From Folioceros fuciformis (taxonomy: Eukaryota): a stretch of DNA of 44,106 nucleotides. The position numbers and the translations under genes were made by a program. Below the pieces are notes generated by a model. That model was not told the DNA's origin and ran no database searches. It saw only the letters and a program-made list of their open reading frames with translations. The DNA is taken from the NCBI GenBank assembly GCA_049999805.1, contig JBNGIO010006163.1:1-44106 (forward strand), in the 5' to 3' direction. Each line of letters opens with the position of its first letter. The first letter of the stretch is position 1. Shown here one piece after another: positions 25,430-36,448 of the stretch.

Positions 25430-27524
25430 AATAACTTGTGAGTGGCAAGGAGGCAAAAGTCATGTCATTGAAGACCTTCATCACGCAGTGGAGCCAGATG
25501 CGGGCAGGCTTCAGGGCTAGGAAAAGATGAAGAACAGCAGAGGAGCCAGATGAGGGCAGGCTTCAGGGCTAGGAAAAGATGAAGAACAGCATCCACCTTG
25601 CNNNNNNNNNNGCAGGCTTCAGGGCTAGGAAAAGATGAAGAACAGCATCCACCTTGCCCGAAGGGCTACCTACCTACCATTTCTCCTCCTGGACACAAGA
25701 GAGCTGCTAATCAACACATTTCTCACCTTGAATTGGACGGAGCCAACTGAAGCATCCGAGGCCTGAAAGTTTCCTCCCTGCTTCATACGAAGTAAATGAT
25801 ACCCCAAGCCTGCGAAGCTGAAGGGCTACGAGGGCTTGCATGTACCATAAGCAAGCCATGGCGAGTGTTAGGGTTAGAGGGTGAAGTGAAGGATGGGACA
25901 GCACACAGCGCAGGGCACGGCAGAGCATGGGAGGGGCCCAGGGCCGAGCGGGCGCGGAGGACGCGTGTCGCGTGACCGGACGAGGAGGAAGAGGAGAAGG
26001 AGGCGAAGGGCTAGGAGGAAGAGGAGGGTATAAAGCAGATCATGATTGCGCTTGTCTGCCAGGCTCGAGGAGCGGGCTGCACGTGAAGGCGAAAGGGAAA
26101 GGGGAGCCAGGCGGCAGGTCCCGAGCTCACAGTTCCCGAATCCCGATGCCACGGTTTCCGGCCGAGGATTATGGGGCTGGGATTCACCGCTGCTTCATGC
26201 ATCTGCTCCTCATCTCACTCCTGCTCCTGGTGTTGCTCTTGCCTGCTTACTGCTTCCTGGTGCAGCCGTGCCTGCTTACTGCTTCCTGCAACCTGCTTCC
26301 TGGTGCAGCCGGGGGCCGGGAGGATTGAATTTCCACACCCCTCCTCCTGCGTCTACTGCCAGATCCATGAAAAATAAGCAAGGAGGAGGAGCTACAAGCG
26401 CTTCGGGATGGAGGAGGCCCGGCACCAGGCACCAGGCACCACTGGTACCCGGTAAGCGGGAGGGAAGTAGCGGCCTCCCCTGGCCCGTCTGCTGTACTTG
26501 CGGTGGTGGTAGAGACGACAGCCTTCTTCTGCACCCACCAACACTAACGGGATGGCGTCAGGTGCCGGCCCCACATCCCAACTCTACATCATTGGCATGC
26601 GCTCCCCGTCATCCAAAACGAGAAGAGAAGAGAAGAACGAGAAGGGAAGAGGCATCACGCAGCCGGTTGCCACAGCGACCGAAATACCTTATATTAATTG
26701 CTCCGCTTCCTCGGCCCCCTAAACCCTAAAAATAATTATAACCACTTAATATATTCCTCGTACATACTTCCCTTTCTTCTCAGGAAGAGAGTGGGAGTGG
26801 CCTGGTGCGACCGACCCTCGCTACGCCCATGCCCAACAGTATATTCTTGTGCTCTATTGAGGTAGGGTAGGGTAGGGCGGGATAGGGTCTTTTTATCTAA
26901 TTGCTTTATAGCAATTCCAACATGATGCACAAAAGGAGCTTTGGTTGGGGCTTTGGTTGGGGTTACCCATTAAGATGCCTCTCTTCTCTTTTGTACCATC
27001 ATGTATTTGTGTAACTTAGATATTCTATTCCTTCTCTTCAAATATTGTCCACCATCTTCAGCTGAGTTGGTTGTGGCCCAACTCAACTCATATAAGCCAC
27101 TACCAGCTTGAAGAAAACAAGAACATGTCCAGAAGAATTTGAAATACATATGTTGTAGTCTTCCATAGAGGACGAGTGAGCAAAAGAGATGTGTCCTTGC
27201 TGTGGGAATCTCTTCCACGACTAAGGAGCAGCCGAAGTGCCCTCCCTTTAGTATGTAGGCAGGTCTATTCAGGCCTCGGATGTACATACGTGCACCTTTC
27301 TCTTCCGTGAGCTATCCTTCTATGGGAATCTCTGCCACGAGTGAGGAGCAGCTATAGTGCCCTCCCTTCCTTATGTAGGTGGGTCTATTCTAGCCTCATG
27401 TGTACATACGTGCACCTTTCTCTTCCGTGAGTGGTCCATTCATTCTTTGGAATGTACATTCCTTTGCATCCCTCGCTTTCTTGAGTGGTCCATTCTCACT
27501 GTATGATATGTATAAGTCAAGCTT
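25430..27524 (-). repeat. Segment S copy 2, inverted relative to copy 1
   Basis: Reverse complement of 3502-5518. Has a single copy of the ~460-bp unit and its own 120-bp tandem duplication (27201-27432). Confidence 0.9.
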
Positions 27525-27649
27525 ACTCCTTTTCCTTTCTTGCTCTATGGGTTGTACAATCTTTCATGGTGCGCTTTTGGGTGGCTCTATTTCACCACGA
27601 GGCTATTTTTGTAGTAAAGCAAGGCTAGAGGGACGACTCCAAGTTGGGT

Positions 27650-28130
27650 TCATCTCCAAGTTGTCCATTGTTTGCAACAAAGCATGGCATTGCCATGTGG
27701 GAGAGATGACTCCATTCGTCACAAGGTCGACAGTCGTTCATACTAAAGTAGAGCATAGCATAGCATAGCAAGATGTCCTTATCCATCTCGAGGTTGTCTA
27801 TTGTCTGCACCAAAGTCGAGCATAGCATAACATAGCAAGACGTCCCCATCCATCTAGAGATCATCTATTGTTTGCATCAAAGTAGAACAAAACATAGCAT
27901 AGCAAGATATTTGCAACCCTATACTCAAGGCCTCTTTGATCCTGTCTCCATTCGTCTCGAGGTTGTCTCTTTGCTCGCCTCTTTGATCTGTCTCCATTCA
28001 TCTGGAGGTCTNNNNNNNNNNGATCTGTCTCCATTCATCTGGAGGTCTCTTTGCTCGCCTCTTTGATCCTGTCTCCATTCGTCTCGAGGTTGTCTCTTTG
28101 ATCTTGTCTCCATTCATGTCAAGGTCTCCT
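27650..28130. repeat. Two adjacent tandem arrays (~67-bp and ~45-bp units)
   Basis: GAGCATAGCATA.CATAGCAAGA... recurs at about 27751, 27818 and 27885. CCTCTTTGATC(C)TGTCTCCATTC recurs across 27930-28115 around a 10-N gap. Confidence 0.8.
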
Positions 28131-28395
28131 TGCTTGTGGCTCATTTGATCCGTAAGTCACTTAATCCATGTTCATCTACAAGAAATTTACTTTGTAAATA
28201 CATATACGTAGATATCCAAAGTATGGTGGAATGTACGTACATTACATGTGCTCCCGGCTCGGCGCTGGAAGCAATGTGCGTTTTACACGCCTGGCGATGC
28301 TGACACCGGCTACAGGCATGGACGCCCGGAGGCAGCCGGTAAAATCGCGGGTGCGGATAACTACTGCCCGGCGTTCGGAAGGCCGGGCCGCCCCT

Positions 28396-28495
28396 NNNNN
28401 NNNNNNNNNNNNNNNNNNNNNNNNNNNNNNNNNNNNNNNNNNNNNNNNNNNNNNNNNNNNNNNNNNNNNNNNNNNNNNNNNNNNNNNNNNNNNNN
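28396..28495. other. 100-N scaffold gap; 10-N gaps also at 4488-4497, 25602-25611 and 28012-28021
   Basis: Runs of n in the sequence. Confidence 1.
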
Positions 28496-29008
28496 ACATA
28501 AATCCGAGGCAGCCTGCGGCGTCTGCACAAGTGCGATCCTGTTGCTGCTCTGTCTCTGTTCTTCCTCCTCGTCGTTTTGCGGTAAGCCCTTCGTCGATCC
28601 GGCTGCCCTCTCTTTCCCTGCTCCGCTTCGTTTCTGCGTCCGTTGCTGCTGCTGCTGCGCCGCGCCGCTTCACCCCGAGCTGTGTCCTTCCCTCGCTCCC
28701 CGTGCCTCCGGATTCCTCCTTCCTTCGCATTCCCGCCTCTCCTCATCGCTTCTGCGCCAACGCCTGCCTGCGCGCGGTTGCTCAATTTGAGCTGGGTTTT
28801 TCTCCCTCTTCCCAACGACTCCCCGCCCATTTCGGCCGGTGGTTGGAATTCCACCCTCTGCGGTTTTCCCCTCCCCAGCCTTGCGTTTCCGGAGGGTGGG
28901 GCAGGAATTTGCAAGTCGGCTCGCTCTGAATAGAGAAAATTTATGTCGGGTTGTGCTGGTTCTGGGTCTGGGTCTGGTTCCGATTCTGATTCAGCCTCTG
29001 CTTCTGCT

Positions 29009-29061
<53 letters not shown>

Positions 29062-29591
29062 TTCTGGTTATTGCTGCTGTGCTGGTGCCGGTGCTGTTGT
29101 TTTCTTGTTGGTCATATCGCTGTTGTGGTGGTCATGGCTTTTGTGGTGGTCGTCTTCCTCCTTCTTGTGACCTCTTTCGAACTCGTGACATGTCCTGGGC
29201 TGAAGCTGTGAATTTGCGCAAGTCTTGCTCTTCAATTTGGAGTGGCATTCCTTGGCTTGGGAATTTGTACAAGCTTGCTTTCCCGCCCTCTCCGCAATCT
29301 CACCTCCAATCTCACCTCCAATCTGTGGGCTTGCGGATTTGCGGACTTGGGAGCTGAAGGTGAGTCACTGAGGCTGTTGTATTCATGCGCTGTTTTTTTG
29401 TCTCCCACCTCGGCCTTCCGGTCCCTCTTTCCTGTACCGAGAACTTCCAGCTCGGTATGCTTGAAGCTGCTTTGCTGAAGGCTGTTGTTTCCTTCTTCAA
29501 GGCTGTGCTTTTGTTGTCTTCTTCTTATATGAGTCTGTGTGTGGGTGGGTGCGCGCAGGAAGGCTGCACGAGAGAAGCCCAGGCCGGATCG

Positions 29592-31684
29592 ATGGAAACC
29601 GTGGAGCTGGAACAGGCCGCCATTCAGCGGGTGGTGCCAGGACTTCCTGCCAAGCCCAGACGTGGTAGGAGACACACGGTTACGCAGTTGGAGCGAGAGG
29701 AGAAGAACGCGCTTGGGTTTTGGTTTGTTGCCTCGCTTTTGCTCAATCTTGCCTTCTCTGCAGCAATGATGCTCGGGAAGAGCAACAACACGGAGGCGGC
29801 CAGAAGGATTGACAAGAGTCAGGCTAACGGCCCCGCCCCCGCCCGCGACCCCGACGCTCCCGCCCCGGTTACCGTTCTCAAGTCATCCGTCGAGGAGAGG
29901 TCACCGGCCTCCCACTGCGAAGCATGCGACTGCGGGATGGACGCCTCGAATGTGGAACACAACTGTGTGATTAATCTCGACCAGTAAGTGATGATTCTGA
30001 AACAAGTGAGTTATGCAGTCAATCAGTGTCTGTCACGCATGAATCACTCCTTTGTCCTTGTCCTCGATCGTCCTTGTCCTTGTCCTGCGCTTGTCTATGT
30101 TGTGCTTTCAATGGCGGTGCGTTTGCGTTGCTCATGATTGGTGGTGTTGGGCAGCGGGGATCCCAAGATGTACGAGGCCCACTGGCAGCTCAAAGGGGAG
30201 GAGAGCACTGTCACCATCCTTGGATGGCAGAAGATGAGCTACTTCGCTGATTTCCAGCACTTCTTTTTCGTGGAGAAAGACCTGGTGGAGCAGATCCGAG
30301 CTCTGCATAACGTCGTGGGCAACGCAGTGACCGAAGGTAGGCACCTTGTGGTGGGCGCCGGCTCCACCCAGCTCCTGCAGGCCGCTCTCTACGCTCTTTC
30401 TCCTGACGACGGGCCTGCCATCAACGTCATCTCATCTGTGCCCTACTACTCTGTAAGATGATGCCGCCACCGTAGACTCTCTCTCTCCTTCCGTCTTTCT
30501 GTCTGCTTCTTCTTGTTAAGAGCTCCGTCCCTCATGTGAGTGATGGATGCATGCGACGTCCCGTTGGCCAGTGCTACCAATCCATTGCCACAATGTTCAA
30601 GTCAAGACTGTATCAGTGGCAAGGAGATGCAGCCACCTTCCTTGAGGCCAGCCCAGACGAGCCTTACATCCAGATGGTGGCCTCCCCCAACAACCCAGAC
30701 GGGGCCCTGACACACCACATCTTGAAAGACTCTGGAAACACAAATTCTGGCCCCGGGAAAGGCATTTTCGATCTGGCCTACTTCTGGCCTCAGTACACGC
30801 CCATCTCCGCTCCTGCCGACCACGACGTCATGCTCTTCACCATGTCCAAGGCCACGGGCCATGCAGGCACAAGAATCGGGTACGTACATGGCAGGCATGC
30901 ATATGGCAGAGCCATCTACCCCCTCAGAGGCTTCTGTTGTCCCCACACAACGCCACCAGCTTCCCTCAACCTTTCTCTCGTATCTCTGATGCTGCTCCCA
31001 TCGCCTGAAATTTTGTTTTGCAGCTGGGCGATCGTCAAGGACGAGGCGCTGGCCAGGAAAATGGCAACCTACATCGAGGTGGGTAGCATTGGGGTGTCCC
31101 AGGACTCCCAAGTCCGAGCCACCCAGATTCTCAAGGTGGTGACCAAGCACGCTATCAAACAGCTGGGCCACCCTGCGGTGCATGTGAATTCGGTGGAGAA
31201 GCTGAGCGACTTAGATTTCCTGCGGAACCAGGACATGTTCGGATTCGCGTCTTCCGTCATGAACTACCGTTGGGGGCGTCTCCGGGAGGCTCTCCAAGGC
31301 AGCAAGAGATTCCGGATCCCGGAATACGCACCTGAATTCTGCACCTTTTTTGGTCGCGTCGCAACCCCTTCTCCGGGTTCGTCTTTCGTCCTGCACGTAC
31401 TCCATCGTTTCGTTTCCGTGACACGTGCTTCCTGCTTACTTGTATGGATGCCCACCGTACTTGCTGCTGCCTTCTTGTCTACAGCTTTCTTGTGGCTGGA
31501 GTGCCTGGTGGAGGAGAACTGCTGGCAGGTACTCAAGGATGCCAACATCCTGTCCAGGCGTGGAAGTTTGTTCGGAGCGGAGATGAAGTTTGCCCGCATC
31601 AGCATGGTGGACCGCAATGACGGTTTTGAGATGTTTCTGGCTAGGCTTGCCAACCTGTCCCACCAGCTGGACTGTCGAGGGTAA
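29592..31684 (+). CDS. TAA: Tryptophan aminotransferase, TAA1/TAR family (PLP-dependent, alliinase-like fold; IPyA auxin pathway). Exons 29592-29983, 30155-30452, 30572-30879, 31024-31376, 31485-31684
   Basis: GT-AG splicing restores INLDH|GDP, PYYS|CY, RIG|WA and PSP|AF. Motifs GNAV, GSTQL, SPNNPDG, DLAYFWPQYTPI, SKATGHAGTRIGW (PLP lysine) and IGVSQDSQ are present. NLDHGDP and WPQY favour the TAA1/TAR1/TAR2 clade over TAR3/4-alliinase. There is an N-terminal hydrophobic segment. The start codon is inferred. Confidence 0.93.
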
Positions 31685-32421
31685 CAAGCAACAAGGCTCG
31701 AATCTGTGGAGGGGGAAGGGAAGTGGATTGCGCTCGTTCTTCACGGATTTCTGTGCGTTTTTTGTTGCAAATTCCATTTCCGAGACTCCACGAAACTCAT
31801 TAATGACGGCATCCAGAGGTCATGGATACCTCTCGCCGCCTGACATAGCTGCTCGTATGGGCTGCCATGCCGATCAAGTGACACTGGACTTGCGAGTGAG
31901 GCTGGCAAATTCTGGCGTGTAGGTGTGTACAGTGTACTGTAGGTAGGGAAGGTATCTGCCATAAGGCACGTGTCTTATCACCAGAGACGAGAGATTTGCA
32001 GCCTGGAGAGATCACTGCTCTGTCTACTACAGTGATCCGACCTGCCTCTTGACATATAACATGGAAAGAAACCAAAAAAAAACTGATACAAATATGTGAA
32101 GTGTAACTGTGGACAATCTCAACTCAATTTTGGGCACGCACCGTTAGAGATGAAATTGTACTAGCATCGGCAGCAGGTGCAGCAGCAGCCGCAGGCGTGG
32201 CATCAATCGCCTTGCAATGCTGCTGTCGCGATTTTGCAGGTTGCCTCGCATGCATGTTTTTTAAACTCTACAACACGATCGAGGAAGAAAGCAAAGCTGA
32301 TGAAACATTCTATGATGGAGGAAGAATAGCGTAGCTGATGACACCTAGTGAACATTAGGGTTTTTGGATCGGGCTTGTGCGAGCACGAACGGGACGAGAT
32401 CGAGCACCGAGCGTGATTGCG

Positions 32422-34944
32422 ATGCCAAGCGAAGATGGAGGAGGTGGAGGAGGAGTCGGAGGTATGGGTGGCTTAGCAAGTGGTGCAGGGATGCTGGACC
32501 AGATGCGAAACCTCACAGACATGGGGCAGATGACGCGGATGCTGCACGAGACCATCGCGTACGAGAGGTCGATAGATCGGGAATTGGAGGCACTGCTGGG
32601 CCAGCGGCACGATCTAGACAAGAAGCTGAATGGCCTGCACAAGGCGTCGGAAATGTTGGAGCTGGTGCGGGTGGACTCCGACCAGATGCTGGCCAGTGTC
32701 AGGTCTACCTGCGATCTGGCAGATCATGTGTCGGTGAAGGTGCGGGAGCTGGATCTGGCACAGTCCAGGGTGCAGGCCACGCTGCAGAGGATCGATGTGA
32801 TTGTGGATCGGACGAACTGCATCGACGGTACAAAACAGGCTCTGGAGGCGGAGGACTACGAGGCGGCTGCCAAGTACGTGGAGACGTTCCTGCAGCTGGA
32901 CGAGGCGTACAGTGATGTGCTGCTGGATGGAGCGGCAGGGTTCAGGAGGGGCGGCGATTTGGCCGGGGTTGGGGAGCGTGAGACGGCGGCCGAGCAGCGG
33001 AGGCAGCTGCTGGAGTCCAAGGAGAAGCTGGAGGTTCTGGTGAGGAAGAAGTTCTCGGCTGCAGTGGAGAATCGGGATCATGCCACGGTAGTGAGGTTTG
33101 TGAAGCTGTATCCGCCCCTTGGACTGCAGGAAGAAGGGTTGAAGTCGTATGTGGCTTATCTCAGGAAGGTGATAGCTTTGAGAGCCAAGGATGAGTACGA
33201 TGCCGCGGTGGAAACCGCAACCAAGCAGGCTGCGCGGGTGGGATCAGGTCAGGTCAGGGTTCCCGCTTTTGTGGAGGTGCTCAACAGTCTCTTCAGGGAC
33301 ATTGCGCTGGCCGTTGAGGACAATGAGGATTTGCTGAGAGATCTCCTCGGAGAGGATGCTGTTGCCTATGCTATTCGGGAGCTTCAGGAGGAATGCGATT
33401 CTAGGGGCACGCTGATTCTGAAGAAGTATATGGATTTCCGACGGCTTGCTCGCCTTTCCAAGGATGTTTCCTCTGTCAACAGAAACGCTGCTGCCGGGCC
33501 TGGTGCTGAGGCCCCAGACCCTCGGGAGATTGAAGGCTACTTGGAAGAGATGCTCTTGCTCAGCCAGATCAGTGAAGAGTTCACCTCTTTTATGAACACA
33601 AGGCTTAGAGAATCCGCGTCAGCTGGTGCGCAGCTTAGCCCCCGAGCTGGCAATGCTTTCAAAACAGGGGTCTTCAATCGCGCGGTTCAGGAGTTGTCAG
33701 GCTACTACATCATTCTGGAGGAATTTTTTATGGTAGAAAATGTTAGGAAAGCCATCAAGATTGATGAGCCTGGGGATGGACTGACCACGTCCATCGTGGA
33801 CGATGTCTTTTTTGTTCTACAGAGCTGCTCAAGACGAGCTATCTCTACCTCAAATGTTCAGGTCACTCTCTTGTTCTCAGCTGCTTATGTATTGCAGTGT
33901 TTAGTCCTCTTCGTGAATGTGGTTGAGCTGTTGTTCATTGGATTCTTCTGTCCACAGGTGGTGATTGCTGCCCTGAACTATGCAAACAATCTTCTGAATA
34001 ATGAGTTTTACGAAGCTATTCAGAGGAAGATTAGGGAACCCAATCTGGTGTCGCGACTGTTTGTCGGTGGAGCTGGCGTTGTGAAAGTTGGAACTGAGGT
34101 GGCAACTGCCCTCAACAACATCGATGTCAGCACGGAGTATGTGATGAAGCTAAAACATGAAATCGAAGAGCACTGTCAAGAGGTAAGTTTCAGCATAGTT
34201 CTTGCACTCAACTTATGCATCCGCAGTCTGTCTCCAAACTTAAATGGTCTGTTTTCAGGCCATGGCAGAGCTCGTTCTGCTTGTCTGTTCTGACACAAGG
34301 AGCTTTTGCAACAGACGTTTTCAGCGCCAGCCGAAAGAGAGAAAATAAAATCTTGCCTTTCTGACTTTGTGGACACAAGCAACTCGTTGAAACAGTTGCT
34401 CAATGTGGGAATGGAACTGTTAGCGAACAGCATCACTCCTCGACTTCGCGGCGTCGTTGATGCTGTGGGCACTGTCAGCTATGAATTGACAGATGCACAG
34501 TATGCAGAAAACGAGGTTAATGATCCATGGGTGCAGAAGCTGCTTCATGCGGTTGCAAGCAGTGTTTCATGGTTGCAGCCAGTGCTGACGAGCAACAACT
34601 ATGATTCCCTGGTGCATCTGATCATCGAATTCCTCGCAAAGAGGCTGGAGGCTATCATGCAGCAAAAGAGATTTAATCAACTTGGCGGCTTACAACTGGA
34701 CCGGGATGCCCGCACATTGGTTGGCCACTTTTCTAGCATGACACAGCGAACCGTAAGGGACAAGTTTGCCCGTCTGACGCAGATTGCAACCATCTTAAAT
34801 CTAGAGAAGGTGGCAGAAATTTTGGATTACTGGGGAGAAAACTCCGGCCCCATGACATGGAGACTCACTCCTGCTGATGTTCGGCGCATTCTGAGTCTCA
34901 GGGTAGACTTCAAGCCTGAGGCAATTGCAGCTCTCAAGCTTTAG
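32422..34944 (+). CDS. COG4: Conserved oligomeric Golgi complex subunit 4. Exons 32422-33861, 33958-34182, 34315-34944
   Basis: Motifs LADHVSVKVRELDLAQSRV, TTSIVDDVFFVLQSCSRRAIST, FNQLGGLQLDRDAR, RDKFARLTQIATILNLEKV and MTWRLTPADVRRILSLRVDF. Two GT-AG introns of 96 and 132 bp. Confidence 0.95.
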
Positions 34945-35105
34945 TCTCCTGCAACGTTGTAAAAAACTCTGTATCATGATACAGGAATTCCTACCGTCGA
35001 CTCAAGTTAGAAAACAGCAGCATCTTGCAGACTTGGGAAATTCCAGGCAGCTGGAACGGAGCTACAAGTTAGTGTACTGAAGGATCTATGGAATACATTT
35101 GCGTG

Positions 35106-35495
35106 CTACAGCACATAGTTTGCTACTTCTATCAGATTGAGATCGGGGTCCCGAAAGTAAATGGACTCAATTTCACCCAAAGCCCCAGTCTTGCGCACAG
35201 GTCCCTCGACGACGCTCACCCCACACACCGCAAGATGACGTTGCAATTGCTGGAGAGGGTCTTCTGTGATGAGGCAAAGATCGCCAGATCCAGCTGTTGG
35301 ACGATGCGCCTTAGGGTGCACTTCCTTCCCCAGCTGATGCAGATTGATCTTCTGTTGCCCGAAGGACAGCGCAGTGCGGCCTTCGCCGAACCTCACCACC
35401 TCCATCCCCAGTACATCTTTGTAAAATTTACAGGTCTCATCGACGTCCTTCACAGTTAGCACCAGATGATCGATTCGGGAAATGCGGCAAGCCAT
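35106..35495 (-). CDS. VOC (glyoxalase/bleomycin resistance/dioxygenase) family protein, GLOD5/bacterial YaeR-like, 129 aa, intronless
   Basis: RIDHLVLTV...FYKDVLGM...GRTALSFGQQKINLH...GSGDLCL...VEGPV.KTGA...SIYFRDPDLNLIEV. The metal-ligand-type His (DH) and C-terminal Glu (LIE) are present. An in-frame stop seven codons upstream supports this ATG. Confidence 0.9.
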   Translation of the reverse strand: MACRISRIDHLVLTVKDVDETCKFYKDVLGMEVVRFGEGRTALSFGQQKINLHQLGKEVHPKAHRPTAGSGDLCLITEDPLQQLQRHLAVCGVSVVEGPVRKTGALGEIESIYFRDPDLNLIEVANYVL

Positions 35496-36448
35496 GTGGA
35501 AAACCTCAGACGTTCAGAAAACTCTTCTTCTGGAAATTGGACACAACCGAAATCAGACTGGAAGACCGCACCCACCTTCCACAACTGTCCTCTCACCAAT
35601 ATTCTTGCTCCCACCGGATCGCTTGGCAAATGTAAGCATTTTTCACTACTTATCATTTTCAACTCTTAGTTGTTTATTTCCGTCGATTCCCACATCACCA
35701 TGGAGAAAGAAAGATGGATGAGGGAGGGACGGAATTCCAATTGTATCTTCTACTTCAAGAGTAACCCCTAGTTCCGTATTACATACACACTCCCCACCCA
35801 CACCCTTGGGAAAGCCCCTTTTTCTTAACAACTTAGTCCCTAGATCTTTGGAGAAAAGGGGTATTTTTCAAATAAAATAGCATTAAGGTTCCATCAAACC
35901 CTAAAACTTTGTACAAGAAAAACTATTTTTTAAGAAAATATTTTTGTATCATTTTTTGTAAGAAAAAATATTTTTTTACTTCCTTGTACTAAATACAAAT
36001 ACCTCTTCGTCAGTATTATTTTATTTTTACATGAAAATACATATATTATTTCAAGATAAAATAATTTTAGGCTACCAAATTTGAAATAAAAAAGGTACTA
36101 TTAGACACTTAATGAAGTATAAAATATTTTAAAAGTATAAGTATGACTTTAAGACCTCAGCTAAAAATTATTTGTTGAGATATGCTCCCAACCTATTCCT
36201 TGCTTACCTGCCCATTAAATTCTAACTTATCTTCATAGTAGTTTTCTATGTACAAATTTTGAGAATCTTTCATGGAATCCTTCTCATCCATATCATTTGT
36301 TTATTTTTCTCATTAGGATAATGTTGTAGTATTTTTGCATACATTGCGTTCTTTAGATCTTATTTCGACAATCATTAGAAGACAACTGTTAGAAGTTGAA
36401 TTGCATCAATGGTTCAAATTGATTTATATACATGCCCAAAATGGACTT

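Noticed and set aside
23260-25430. Conserved plant miRNA precursor
   Set aside because: I found no match by eye to the deeply conserved miRNA families I checked, and no clean long hairpin.
23825-25456. Many overlapping 100-250 aa ORFs
   Set aside because: They are products of GC-rich microsatellites, with no recognisable domain or consistent splice structure.
25490-25660. Tandem repeat of GCAGGCTTCAGGGCTAGGAAAAGATGAAGAACAGCA
   Set aside because: It straddles a 10-N gap with identical sequence on both sides, so the copy number may be an assembly artefact.
32614-33081. Antisense ORFs over COG4, TAA and the copia pol genes
   Set aside because: Shadow ORFs caused by codon bias on the coding strand.
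7060-34944. Conserved PPR-COG4 linkage as in a fused Arabidopsis gene model I recall
   Set aside because: The PPR here is a pseudogene 24 kb away on the other strand, and PPR genes are abundant, so this is probably coincidence.
29592-35495. TAA, COG4 and VOC as a biosynthetic gene cluster
   Set aside because: COG4 is a housekeeping trafficking gene, and nothing in the sequence links the VOC protein to indole or auxin chemistry. Adjacency alone is not evidence.
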